A DNA stretch of 64,000 nt. Origin: Mobula hypostoma. Lineage: Eukaryota. Under the pieces are notes generated by a model that made no database searches, was not told the origin of the DNA, and saw nothing but the letters and a program-made list of their open reading frames with translations. Of the stretch, positions 35,954 to 48,162 are shown in pieces (position 1 is the first letter of the stretch; each line of letters opens with the position of its first letter). Location: positions 158,596,001-158,660,000 of the forward strand of contig NC_086101.1 of the NCBI RefSeq assembly GCF_963921235.1, read 5' to 3'. Made by a program: the position numbers and the translations under genes.

Positions 35954-37480
35954 CTAGGTTCCCTCTAAGCTGTGCGTGTGTGCGCGCGCACAAGTTTTCA
36001 ACCAGCGCACAAAGGAAATTAATGTGCGTACAGAAGATTAGTTACCTAAAATAATGTAGTAATTAATAATTATACTTACCGAAAATAATCTTTTAGCTAA
36101 ATGTTTCTGTTAACTAGTTACACACATAAAAGTTGCTGGTGAACACAGCAGGCCAGGCAGCTCCTCTAGGGGTCTCGGCCTGAAACATCGACTGCACCTC
36201 TTCCTAGAGATGTTGCCTGGCCTGCTGCGTTCACCAGCAACTTTTATGTGTGTTGCTTGAATTTCCAGCATCTGCAGAATTCCTGTTGTTTGCTGTTAAC
36301 TAGTTAGTCGGTTTTTCAAATACCACAATGCACGTTACTGATTTACGTCACCTCACCTTTCCTGTTCCGATTTGTACAGCTGCATCACGGCGGCAGCCAT
36401 CTTTGGCGGACAGTGTTCATATCGTAAAGTTTACAAAGATCTGTTTCAAATCTTGTAGATAGCTTGCTAAGTTTTTATTGAAAACGATCAGTCAAATGAC
36501 CCTGTGGCTAAATACTGTCACAAGAAATTGATAAACATCACATACAAAGTAGCTTTACTGGTTTTAAGTGATGTCTTTGATGAACTGGCTGCACTGTGCA
36601 AGACTCTGCAAAAGAGTGGTCTGACACCTATTGATTCACTTCATTTTGCGCGAGGCAAAATTAACAAGATAAGAAAGCAGTATCTGGGAGACAATGTATC
36701 GTGGAGTGACAAAGTTAAAGTTTTGCTAAGCCAAAAATGTGAAGAAAACGTCATAGTAGATACAAGTTCACTGTTGACTTTTATAAATAGTCTTTGTGTT
36801 CATTTAGAAGAAAGGTTTCCTGAAGATGAGGTACAAGAATGGTCAGCTTTTGATTTCTCCGCAATTGCAGATTGTGATTTCACACTTGGCAATGAACAAG
36901 TTAATGCCTTATGTCTAAAATATCATGATTTTCTAGCTGAAAATACTGTAATAGTTTAATGATTTCAAATTTTCTGTGCAAGAAAAATTTAAATTCAAAC
37001 TGATTTCAAACTTTGCTCAAATGGTGGCATTTGTACTTGAAAATGAAGAGTTTTGCGACCTTGCACAGTTGATCAACATTGGGGGAACCTTTCTTGCGTC
37101 TAGTGCGGACTGTGAGTGAGGTTTTAGCCTAATGAATCAACTCAGAAACAAGCTGAGAAACTGTTTAGGTGATGTCATTTGGATATATTAATGAGAATCA
37201 AAAGCTTTCAATTGGATGGAAGTTCTATTAGTCTAGTTAGAGTTTACAAAGAATGGGTAAATGCCAAAGACAGGAGAGAGAAAAAAAAATAACCGAGTGA
37301 CTTAAATATGTATGTTATTTTGTTGTTACCCTGTGCAGTTTTATGCCAAATATTTTGTAAACCTACTTAAACTCTGCGATGTGTGCATTCAGTGTGCACA
37401 TACTTTTGTCACAGGAAAAAAAAATTGCATAACATAAGATTTTTGCACACACTGACTACTAAAAATTAGAGGGAACATTG
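35954..37480 (+). mobile_element. hAT (Tip100/ZNF862-like) deletion derivative carrying the transposase C-terminus
   Basis: Termini CTAGGTTCCCTCTAA / TTAGAGGGAACATTG; perfect 8-bp TSD CTTGTCAG; ORF 36504-36959 and the ASSADCE*GFSLMN dimerisation motif near 37095. Confidence 0.88.
36121..36292 (+). mobile_element. Penelope pLTR-only insertion with inverted 5' arm
   Basis: 14-bp TSD CTGTTAACTAGTTA; ~50-bp inverted arms; 3' half of the hammerhead motif in the loop. Confidence 0.85.
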
Positions 37481-38159
37481 CTTGTCAGCCATGATTGTGT
37501 CATCCTGTCTTTAGAATACTGCTACTTCTTTGTGATATATCTATCTGATGTCTTCCGAATTGCTCCTAGAAACTCCAGCCATTTCTGTTCTGCTGTCATC
37601 CCAGCTAGTGCCTCTTTCCAGTCAACTTTGGCCTGCTCCTCGCTCATAACTCTGTAACTCACTTTACTCCTTTGTAAGACATACATTTAGCCTCTCCCTC
37701 TCAAATTGCAGAGAATTTTATCATGTTATGACCACTGACTCCTAAGGGTTCCATATTCTCAAGCTCACTAATCGAAGCCAGTTCATTGCACAACACCCTA
37801 TGCAAAATAGCTGATCCCTTAGTGGACTCGACCACAAGCTGCTCCAAAAAGCTATCTCATAGGCATTCTAAAACTACTCTCAATTGAGGCCCAAAATCAG
37901 CACCAACCTTATTTTCCCAATCTACCTGCATATTGAAACCGCGCCCCCCCCCACCCCATGACTATTGTAACAATGCCCTTTTGACATGCATTTACTATCT
38001 CCTGTTGTAGTTTCTACTCATGGACCTGGGGGGCTCCTGTCTTGTTCCTGATTCGACTGGGCTGTCAGAAACATTTAATTGTAGTGTTCATGATCCAATA
38101 AAGAGATGAAAAGTCTTCCATTTACAATGCATATTTCACAACATCAGGACATTATCATA

Positions 38160-38775
38160 TCAAGTCAAGTCAAGTCACTTTTTATTGTCATTTCGACCAT
38201 AACTGCTGGTATAGTACACAGTAAAAACGAGACAACAGACTACAGACCTACCCAGGACTGCATAAAGTGCACAAAACAGTGCAGGCATTACAATAAATAA
38301 TAAACAAGACAGTATGCACAGTAGAGGACAGTAGGTTGGTGTCAGTCTAGGCTCTGGGTATTGAGGAGTCTGATGACTTGGGGGAAGAAACTGTTACATA
38401 ATCTGGTCGTGAGAGCTTGAGTACTTCGGTGCCTTTTGCCAGACGGCAGGAGGGAGAAGAGTTTGTATGAGGGGTGCGTGGGGTCCTTCATAATGCTGTT
38501 TGCTTTACGGATGCAGTGTGGTGTAAATGTCTGTAATGGTGGGAAGAGAGACCCCGATGGTCTTCTCAGCTGACCTCGCTATCCGCTGCAGGGTCTTGCA
38601 ATCCTGGATGGTGCAATTTCCGAACCAGGCAGTGATGCAGCTGCTCAGGATGCTCTCGATACATCCTCTGTAGAATGTGGTGAGGATGGGGGTGGTGGGA
38701 GATGGACATTTCTCAGCCTTCACAGAAAGTAGAGACACTGCTGGGCTTTCTTTGCTATGGAGCTGGTGTTGAGCT
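38160..38775 (-). mobile_element. Rex/Babar-type LINE, 3' fragment
   Basis: ILTTFYRGCIESILSSCITAWFGNC; (CTTGA)n tail. Confidence 0.85.
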
Positions 38776-39026
38776 CCAACACCATCATGATGTTTACTGC
38801 CAATGTTGTACTTCTGAAGAGTTTTCATTTTTTATTCTAATGACACTGGTAGCCATTATTCATAGCACTGCATAAATCCACCAGAATCATACTGCCTTAA
38901 GTGCTTTGAGTTTAGAAATTTAAAGGATGATCTGATTGAGGACTTCAAAATTTTTTGTACTGGACTTTCAATTGTGAACATGTTTTGCTGAACACCATAT
39001 CAAATGCAATGGCAATATTTGTTCAG

Positions 39027-39140
39027 GTCTATCTACTGGCTTTGTCAGGAGAACAGCAGAACTTGATCTCTGCTTTGGAGGCAGCGCTTGGAAGCAGTGT
39101 CTCGAAACTTGTGAAGAAAGTGTCTTTTTCACAAGAAGTG
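39027..39140 (+). CDS. PTCD2: PTCD2 exon 9
   Basis: gttcag|..|gtaaga, 114 nt. VYLLALSGEQQNLISALEAALGSSVSKLVKKVSFSQEV. Confidence 0.93.
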
Positions 39141-40002
39141 GTAAGAAAATAAATTGACAAATGTATTATCCTAACTTACTGAATTGTTAAATACTGTTTA
39201 GGACAAAATCCTAGAATATTTTATTTAAGAATATTGGGGGAATAGATTCGCAAAAAGTATAGTGGTCTACTGCCACAGCAGAAGGGCAATAAATACCTGA
39301 CTCGCTGGTAACTTTGGCACTTGAGGATTAATTTTCTTCTTTAAAGGTCAGTCTTGTCTATATATTTGGGAGAGGGGGTTATTTCACTGTACACTATTCC
39401 TGTGCTTGAGTCCAATTCTTTCTTCAATTGATGTCAACTTGCATGGATTTCCTTGGTAATTTTAAGACTACTAGAACCTTGGGTCATTTTGTTTTCCTCA
39501 AGTCCTGTCCATCGATGTTAAATGTAGTGATGGACTGTCGGGTATTTATATCTACTGATTAGTCATTTGCCGGACCCATTGAACATCCCACCCAACCAGA
39601 CTCTCAACCCCTATCCACCTGCAAGTGTCACCAACATCCACTAGACTGCACTCATTGTTGACCATCTTACTCCCCACCCCACCCACCACATCCTCTCATA
39701 TGATCCACATACCAACTCTCCTGGGGATCCTTTCCCTTGACACACTCATCTATGTATTGCTGCCATATCTACATCCTTGACTGTGGTGGACCACAGTGGG
39801 CTAAGTCAGGAGTAGCCTGAGGACCATATTTATTCCATGGGAATGATTGAGTATTGCTGGTGAATATGATTAAGTACACTTTGCATTTAGTCTCATCACT
39901 GAATATGGCAAAATGAGAGGCATTTTTAAAACAAATATAGTAATATTTGTGGTCAGCATGCATGTCATGGCTTTCAATAACCATAATCTACTTCTCATCA
40001 AG

Positions 40003-40227
40003 ATGGCTGTAGTCCAAGAAGCCATGAAGAGCAGCACAGAGCTACAGAGCCAGTATGAGGATATCTATGGATTACTGCAACAATCTGGACAAATCACAGC
40101 TCTAAGTCTCGATGACATACTCTGCCAAACACCAGTTGGAAGGAAACTTCTTAACCCTTTGCTAGATCAAAGGAAAATTAGCCGGCGGACTTTCAAACCT
40201 CTGCGGTCAGCATTGCTGTCTGAGTAA
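40003..40227 (+). CDS. PTCD2: PTCD2 exon 10 (terminal coding exon); spliced CDS 1146 nt / 381 aa
   Basis: catcaag|MAVVQEAMK...SLDDILCQTP...ISRRTFKPLRSALLSE-TAA (human ...VSRRTFQPLSQSLLAE). The ten exons sum to one open frame. Confidence 0.95.
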   Translation: MAVVQEAMKSSTELQSQYEDIYGLLQQSGQITALSLDDILCQTPVGRKLLNPLLDQRKISRRTFKPLRSALLSE

Positions 40228-41263
40228 CAGGAATGGACTATGCAATCTCTGCATCCTTTCTAAATTGGTGGTATCCATTTGCTCACCTGAAACAACTGTT
40301 TCAAAGACTTGGTTCAATTAACACTAAACAGTATAAAGCATACGTGAAAGGTATTAAGTTTAGTTTCTTTACAGATCTTGTAATTGTTACCTTAAGTGGA
40401 AATATTGATCTTCATTTATGAGAAGGTTTCAAATGAATAACCACATAGTTATATTTTACCTTAAGTAAGATGTAGGAGGAAAAAGCAGTAACCAAACCTA
40501 TTGCTTTTCTATTTGTATATCCAGAGACCTTGCAAATAATTGAGAATATTTTATCACATTTTATTAATGAGGTGGTAATTCATTATCTATTGTGATTCAA
40601 TTTAAAACAGAAGCCATAGCCTTGCCCCAAAAGAACAATGAAGTTCTAGGTGATTGGTCACGAATTTTGTAAAGTTATAACAATGCTGACAGAGTTGTTC
40701 TTACTGCAGGTAGAAAAGAGCTGAGCCGCCTTTATTTGCAGAAATAACTTATACAGTAATTAGTGTTTTTTTTAGCATAATTTCCTATTTTGGGGTATTT
40801 CAACAGGTTTAGAACATTGTTTCACTTTACTTTCCTGCTTTGATTGAAACAAATGGTATTTCATGGCCATGAGAGTGAAGTATTGGGGAAAATTTCCAGA
40901 AGTTGTGTGTAATCCGTGGAGAGAGAAAGGGAGACAGATTTCTGTTATGTGTCCTTATCACCAGTTTGTGAGAATTGTTAGCATTCTTACTTAAATGTGA
41001 TCAAAAATGTTGGCATAAGTATAAACCAGAAATAAGCCTCTTCTACCTCATCCAACATTTTTATTACAATTGATAAGCTTAGAGATTTCCCTGTTTTCCT
41101 TTAAATGACAATGCATTGTAATTGTTTTCAAACTACGATTTGCATTCAATTGTATCCTTTATCCAAATTAGCAAAATCCATTTCAATTCATTAGAAATCC
41201 TCTGTTAGGTAATGTGATGAAGATTACCAATAACACTTTCTGCAGTGTTTATAAATAATGTGC

Positions 41264-41269
41264 AATAAA
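41264..41269 (+). terminator. Candidate PTCD2 polyadenylation signal
   Basis: AATAAA about 1 kb after the stop, followed by a T/GT-rich tract (tttatcttttgtgtccttggtgtc). A second AATAAA lies near 41342. Confidence 0.55.
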
Positions 41270-42214
41270 ATATTGCAATATCCTCTGTATGTGAACTCAT
41301 ACTTTATCTTTTGTGTCCTTGGTGTCATAGCATGGAACTGAAATAAAACAGATCCTGCACATTTTAAAAGGAAACTGAAGTTTGAAATCTATGTGCACAA
41401 AGACTATTCAGACTTTGCTTTCATGTGTAAAAAAAACCTTATTTTTCTGATTCTTTTCAACCAAAACAACAGTTACAATGGTATACAAATAAATTTTCTA
41501 TAATTTGGACAATATGCTGGTATTTTGCTTGTAAGATGCTCTAATCAGAGAGCAGTTTTTTTAAAACTGCTTTTTTTTTTATTTCATTGTCTATCATTGC
41601 ATAGTAACTGGACAATAAATTGTAGAATCAGCCAGCAGTATGTACTGAGACCAGCTAAGATTAGTAGAGGTTAATTCAGACACTGCAGCTAATAATCTCT
41701 ATTATCATCCTTTGTAATGGAGCTCTTTGTCCCTTTTCCAAGTCTCTCGGACGTGTGCCTACCCTGAAGTTTACATCTACTCTTTAACAGGAGTTCAGTG
41801 AGACCCTTTCTCACTGCTACCCCCTCTGTGATCTCTCCTGCCCTCCGACTCTTCAGACTCATCCAGACTCACCAGCTTGTACTCCATTCCCCCCCCCCGA
41901 CCTTTTTGTTCTGGCTTCTTCCCTCTTCCTTTTCGTAGATGCTGCCTGACCTGCTGAGTTCCTCCAACATTTTATGTGTGCATAACTGCTAATCAAAAGC
42001 CATTCTTTGATTCTGGCCTTCATTATTTTCTCAACTGAGATGACACTGCATTCAGTACCCTAAAGGAAAAGGCAGTCAAAAGAGATGTTAAAATTACATT
42101 TGCTGCAAATGGAAATGATTTTGAGCATGATAATCATTCTGAAGAGGTAATGCAACCAATTCAGAGCAAATATCCAAAAGTAATTTTAAAAATGCACCAA
42201 GGCAAAAAGTGAGA

Positions 42215-42415
42215 CAGAAGAGATTCTGCAGATGCTGGAAACCTGGAGCAACACAAAATGCTAGAGAAACTCAGCAGGTCAGGCAGCATCTATGGAGGGA
42301 AATGACCCTCTATGTACATATTGGGCCGAGACCCTTCATCAGGACTGTTGACTGTTATTTCCCTCCATAGATGCTGCATGACCTGCTGGGTTCCTCCAAC
42401 ATTTTTGTGTGTGTT
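42215..42415. mobile_element. Penelope pLTR inverted pair
   Basis: TGCTAGAGAAACTCAGCAGGTCAGGCAGCATCTATGGAGGGAAAT and its reverse complement flank a partial hammerhead (CTGATGAAGGGTCTCGGCCC on minus). Confidence 0.75.
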
Positions 42416-43887
42416 AAGGCAAAGAAGGAATGAGGTGTGGAGGTCAGCTTGTGGGAGTTCTTAAAAGTTCTGGGAAAGAGAATGCAGATACAGAATAAAA
42501 GCAGACCTATTTGGAAATAGAACAGGCAGCATCTCTGAAAGGAGTTAAGCATGTTTTAAGCTGCATTTAAGGTTAGAGCAGGGGGATGGTGAGAACAATT
42601 GTTGAGTGCTGTCAGCATTTTCTGCTTTATTTCAAATTCCCATTTCTACAATTTATAGATTTTTATCTAACAACAATAACTGATTTGATACATCAGCTAT
42701 CATTGTACATGGGACATATACTATTAAAGATATAATTCAACATTCTACAAAGAGCAATCTCTGGAACAGAACTGAAGTTGAAGGCAGCAGGGGCCCTCCT
42801 TTCTGATGTTTAATTTGTCTCTTCTCTTGGTGATAAAGGCAATGAAGATGTCTGGAACTGGCTGAAAGTGTGAATCTCAGTCTGGTGCTTGAGTAGTTAG
42901 TGGAAAAGTTCAACCAGTGTTACAATGACTCTTGAGGACTTCCATTTTGACGAAGTTTTCATTCAGTACAAATCTGATGTACTGGTCAAGTTTGGGGAGT
43001 CCATTAGTTTTTGAAATATTTAATTGGAATGGTTAGCTTCAGAGAATGGCTTGTTAGATCAAAGTTAATTTATTATCAAGTTATGTATAACTTATACAAC
43101 CTTGAGATTCGTCTCCTTACAGGCAGCCACGAAACAAAACTTTGAACTTTGAGATCAATGTAGGTGGCAGTTCTGAATCAGTACTAAAGTCATTTTGGAG
43201 CCAAGTGAAGATAAGTCATAGTCATAGTCATACTTTATTGATCCCGGGGGAATTTGGTTTTCGTTACAGTTTAAGGCTTAAGATAAAAGCAACAGATTTT
43301 GTTCCATAAGAGGGATTAGTGACCCATATTTTCCCCATAGACATACAGTTTAAAAGTAAAAATCTAGATGTACTGAATTTACATTTATACTATCCAGAGG
43401 CTACATTAAGGATTTGGAATTGAATTATTCATCTAATATTGTACCCATATGTATATTAAAGAGGACAGTTGTTTAAAATGGGAGTTAATGTTTTTGTGGA
43501 AGAGGTTAACTGAAGTTAAATAAATTAATGAGTAAAGGAGACCATTTTCCAAGTGGGGAGCTCGAAATACAGTTAGCCTAACATTACTTTCTTCCTTTTT
43601 GATACTGGGAATTCTCGTGCCTGTGTAGTTGGGTGGAATTTATAATGTGTTTACACAAATGCAAGACAGGAACCTCAGGGTGAATATTCCAGGTTCCAAG
43701 CTTGTTTATTGTCATTCTTCAGTACATAAGTATGAAGAAAAACAAAATGATTGTTACCCCAGATCAGATGCAGCATGAATAACACAATAAGCATAAAAAC
43801 AAAAAAATATAAATATAAAAGCAATCTTATAAAATACAATGTACAAGTAACTGTTGAGTGTGGCTGTATACAAGGTTAGTTTATATA

Positions 43888-44416
43888 CATTCAGTGGCCA
43901 CTATTAGGTACACTTATTCACCTTGTTAATGCAAATCAGACAATCATGTGGCAGCAACTTAGTACATAAAAGCATGTAGACATGGTCAAGAGGTTCGGTT
44001 GTCGTTTAGACCAAACATCAGAATACGGAAGAAATATGATCTAAGTGATATTGACCATGGATTGTTGGTGCCAGACAGGGTTGTTTGAGTATCTCAGAAA
44101 CTGCTGCTATTCTGGGATTTTCATGCACAACAGTTTCTAGAATTGACAGAGAACGGTCAAAAAAGAGAGAAAATAAAAAAAAGAGTGGCATCAGTGGGTG
44201 AAATTGCCTTATTAATGAGAGGGGTCAGAGGAAAATGATCAGCCTGGTTTGAGCTGACAGGGAGGCCAGAGTAACTCAAATAACCATGTGTTACAACAAT
44301 GGTGTGTAGAAAAGCATCTCAGTGTTCAACATGTTGAATCTTGAAGTGGATGGACTACAGCAGAAGAAGACCATACCAGGTTCCTATCCTGTACTGAATA
44401 AAGTGACCACTGGGTG
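43888..44416 (+). mobile_element. Tc1-type MITE
   Basis: TA-flanked CATTCAGTGGCCACT...AGTGACCACTGGGTG; same family as 21655 and 62737. Confidence 0.8.
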
Positions 44417-45009
44417 TAGATAGACTAATGGTATGTGTGTAAAGTGACACTAGGTGCCAAGGTTTCAGTTCTTTTAAATCTCTGCATAACCTTGCTGAAA
44501 ATTCCTAATATCTTTGCTAAAATAAAAGTGGAATGCACATTTATGACACTTTTGTAATATTTAATTGCTCTTAAAGTTTGAGGCTGGAATGATGCTCGTG
44601 GCTATTTGGCTCAATAATAGGATATTAAGAAGGAAACATGGAAAATGCTGGGGATACTCAGCCATTGAGGCAAGACTTGAGAAGAAAGAAACATGGTTAT
44701 GTGCCTATCATTTCTCAGCTGTGTTGACTCAACATATGAATGGTATGTCAACTTTGGGAAAGCTGTGGCCCAATACCCAAGGTTCCTCCATGGTCATCTT
44801 TGGGTACCTGATGCCCCACCATCTGAAGAGTCTACCATTATGCTAAGGCAAGTAATGCAGTGGGGAAGTATGTATGTATGTATGTGTGTGTATGTATATA
44901 TATATTTATATATCATGATAAGGTATATTCTGTACATGCCCATTAGCTAAAGCACATAAGGGAAAATACGCTATAGCAGCCAACTCTTGGTTCGATCTGC
45001 CTGTGATAT

Positions 45010-45270
45010 CCAACATCTTGACCTTGAAAGTGCTGTGTCTAGGGGTAGAATTGGGAAAGCGACTTCTACAGGACCTGAATGATAAGGATATGCAAAGCAC
45101 ATCTCTTCTAACCAATCAGATTTGAAAGGTAGCGCAGAGTCTGAGCCGGAATTTCTCTCAGCAAACTCACACCCAGGGATTATTCCGAAATCCACTGGGA
45201 GTACGTCACGAGCCCGCTCCACGTAGTGTGCGTGTGAAGTTCTTTCTGCTCCACACACACATCCGAAGCG
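45010..45270 (+). promoter_or_regulatory. Promoter of the IDH2-like gene
   Basis: TGACCTTGA (ERR element TCAAGGTCA on minus) at 45019-45027; CCAAT at 45112-45116; ACGTCA CRE-like site near 45203; CACGTA (TACGTG on minus) at 45220-45225; local CpG enrichment. Confidence 0.65.
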
Positions 45271-45358
45271 ATGGCCGGGTTGTTAAAGATTGTGCCCTAT
45301 TCGATCAGGAATGGAGCGCGGGTACTCCCGGCCTTCGGCAGCGTCCCGCGAAGAGACT
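45271..45358 (+). CDS. IDH2: IDH2-like NADP-isocitrate dehydrogenase, exon 1 (mitochondrial presequence)
   Basis: MAGLLKIVPYSIRNGARVLPAFGSVPRRD+T, donor T|GTGAGT. Resembles human MAGYLRVV...PRRH-Y with the same split Tyr codon. May be a paralog rather than the ortholog. Confidence 0.88.
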
Positions 45359-46467
45359 GTGAGTGAACTCGATACTTGCTTAACAACAGCTTCTGGAAAA
45401 CCTTAGTTACCCCACACAGGCTTTATCAATTCGGGCCGTGACTGCTGGTGCGTGAAGTTATTGCTGGCGTTGCCTGGGACGCTGGGCAATTCGTTTGTCA
45501 ATAGTTTGAGCTCAGTAAAATCCACGAGGCTCCGTCACCTGCTGTTCTGTTCCTTGTACTGGTTTTTGCAAACTGAAAGGTTCTCGTTTACATTCCTTGT
45601 GAGTTCCTTTGAAGACCAATTCCCACCCTCCCTTTTGCAATGATGCTTTTGACAATTGCGATGATGTCGACAGGTTATTCTACTTTGTCCGTGTGGGTTG
45701 ATTTCCTAAGAATGCATTTCGCCAACATTTTGTTTATTCACGGGAAAAGTCTTTTAAATTGACTTGCTCTGTTGTAGGTATGCAATATGGCTACTGAATG
45801 AAGTGTTCTTAACTGCGTGAGTTCCAGCATCTTGTACTTATTGCTGGTAGGGAAAGCCAGATAGAAAAAGAACTCCCTTATTTCTCAATCAAATGATTCT
45901 TAACCACTTCTTCCTCACATCCGCAGCATTTGTTTTATGATCACTAACAAAAATACTCAAAGACGTATAGGAACTTAATATAAATAATTTTTGAATCCAA
46001 CTGAATTTTCTCTGTGGTCTGGGTTAATCATCAGTTCTGGGAATTCTTGCCCAGTCCTGTAGTTTGGTTGAAGCAGATCAGGAGACACAAGGAAGAGACT
46101 GCAGATGCTGGAATCTGGAGTGGAAAAAACCCCAAACTGCTGGAGGAAGTCGGTGGGTGGACACCATAGTGTAGCAGTTATAGCTCAGGGCACCCTCTGT
46201 AAGGAGTCTGTACTGTATGTCCTCCCCGTGGAATGTGTGGGTTTTCCCTGGGTGCTGTGGTTCCCCCCCACAGTCTAAAGACGTACTGAGTTACGCCAGA
46301 CAAGCAGGATCTCCCAGTGGCCACCTGTTTCAATTCTACTTCCCATTCCCATTCTGACTGTCTGCTGCCGCAATGAGGTCACGTGCAGGGTAGAGGAGCA
46401 ACACCTTGTATTCCATCTGGGTGGCCTCCAACTTGATGGCATGAACATTGATTTCTCAAACTTCCAG

Positions 46468-47323
46468 TGTTACGTACCCCGTAACTGGGTTGCCAAACCA
46501 GCAGAAATGGATCACTCAGTTGGAGTCTGGAGTACTACTAAGAAAGTTTTATTAAAGAAACAAGCAACACCGTAATCGAAAGGATAATAAATGCAACAGT
46601 TCAGTGATGATAAACACACATGTGCACAGAAGTAAGATAACAGCATCAATCAAGCTCTATCGTTGTCTAGGGGTAAATGACCAATTTCAAAATGACTCAA
46701 AGTTCAGTCCAGTTAGTAGTTCAGTTCGCAGTAATCGTTGCCATGGCGATGGACAAGGTGGGGGAAGAGACAGAGAGAACAGGAACAACTGATCATTCAG
46801 ACACGGCTTCACTCACAGACCGGCGAGATGGCTCATAAGCAACTTTTGGGCGGGTCCTTGGTGATGTCACCTGAGGTCACCGACTGTGACCCCTCCTCCA
46901 GATGCGGTCGATCCTCTGCAGTGAACCCGGCACCCAGGCAAGGGCGGACACACACCGGGTTCCCGCTGATCGTACCTTTCCACCCTGGTCATTGTCTGGT
47001 ACTTCTCACCCACTCGTGAGAAGCGTACCGCTTCCAGGGTCTCGTTACCTCGGGTGGCGTGTGTCCTGCCTTAGCGAACCGGTCCCTTTTTATCCCCCCT
47101 GCTGGGGCATCGCCTGTCCATCACTTCAAACAGTTCAGGGTTCAAAGGGGGAGCCGCTCCAGACAGCTCTCTCTCCCCCGTTCCTTCATTACACATCTCC
47201 AGACGCTGCTCCATTGTTCCTTATCTCTCCTTCCCCTGAGGGCAGGTGGCAGACCAACTGCTGATGCCACTGATGCTAGCCCAGGCCAGCAAACATCTTA
47301 ATTTTATGTGTATTCTCGTAACA
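46468..47323 (-). mobile_element. Solo LTR (Gypsy-like)
   Basis: TGTTACG...CGTAACA termini; 4-bp TSD CCAG; AATAAA on minus near 46550. Confidence 0.85.
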
Positions 47324-47481
47324 CCAGTAATTGCCACCCCCTAGGGTACCCTATTCCCGTTTCCCTCACTCACCTTATCTCCCTACCTGACCATCACCTC
47401 CTTCTGGTGCTCCTTCCCCTTCCCCTTCTTCCATGGTCTTCTACCTCTTCCATCAGATTCCTTCTTCTCCAGCCCTTTATC

Positions 47482-48162
47482 TGAATTGAATTGAATTGAA
47501 CTGAAATGAATTGACTTTATTTCTTACATCCTTCACATATGTGAGGAGTAAAAATCTTTACTTTATGTCTCCATCTAAATGTGCAATGTGCAATCATAGT
47601 AATTTATAATAAATAGAACAGTACACTCAAGTCAGGAAGAAGCTGTCCCGGAGCCTGTTGGTCCTGGCTTTTATGCTGCGGTACTGCTTCCCGGATGGTA
47701 GCAGCTGAAATAGATTGTGGTTGGGATGGCTTGGGTCCCCAATGATCCTTTTTACACACCTGTCCCTGTACATATCATGAATCATGGGAAATTCACAACT
47801 ACAGATGTGCTGGGCTGTCCGCACCACTGTCTGCAGAATCCTGTGATAAAGTTCCCTTAATCAGTTCCCTGACTGGGTGATGCACCCAGTCAGGATGCTC
47901 TCAATTGTGTCCCTGTAGAAAGTTCTTCAGACTTGGAGGCCCATACCAAACTTCCTCAACCGTCTGAGGTGAAAGGCACTGTTGTGCCTTTTTCACCACA
48001 CAGCCGGTGTGTACAGACCACGTGAGGTCCTCAGTGATGTGGATGCCAAGGAACTTGAAGCTGCTTGCCCTCTCAAGCCCAGATGCATTGATGTCAATAG
48101 GGGTTAGTCTGTCACCATTCCTCCTGTAATCCACAACCAGCTTCTTTGTTTTTGCGACATTG
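47482..48162 (-). mobile_element. Rex/Babar-type LINE, 3' fragment
   Basis: KTKKLVVDYRR...SFKFLGIHITEDLTWS; HNLFQLLPSGKQYRSIKARTNRLRDSFF; (ATTCA)n tail. Confidence 0.88.

Larger units (their letters stand above)
34030..38010 (-). mobile_element. CR1 LINE ORF2 remnant, interrupted by a hAT at 35954-37480
   Basis: GNYRPVCLTSVVGKMLE, QGSVLGLLLF..VNDLDDG..KFAN, DLWNLL motifs; tail starts ~25 bp after the exon 8 donor. Confidence 0.88.

Noticed and set aside
36504-36959. 151-aa ORF as a host gene (ZNF862-like)
   Set aside because: It is a transposase fragment within TIRs and an 8-bp TSD, with stops downstream.
39913-40002. N-terminal extension of the last PTCD2 ORF
   Set aside because: It is intronic. 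The acceptor at 40002 gives a 225-nt coding exon that aligns with the human C-terminus.
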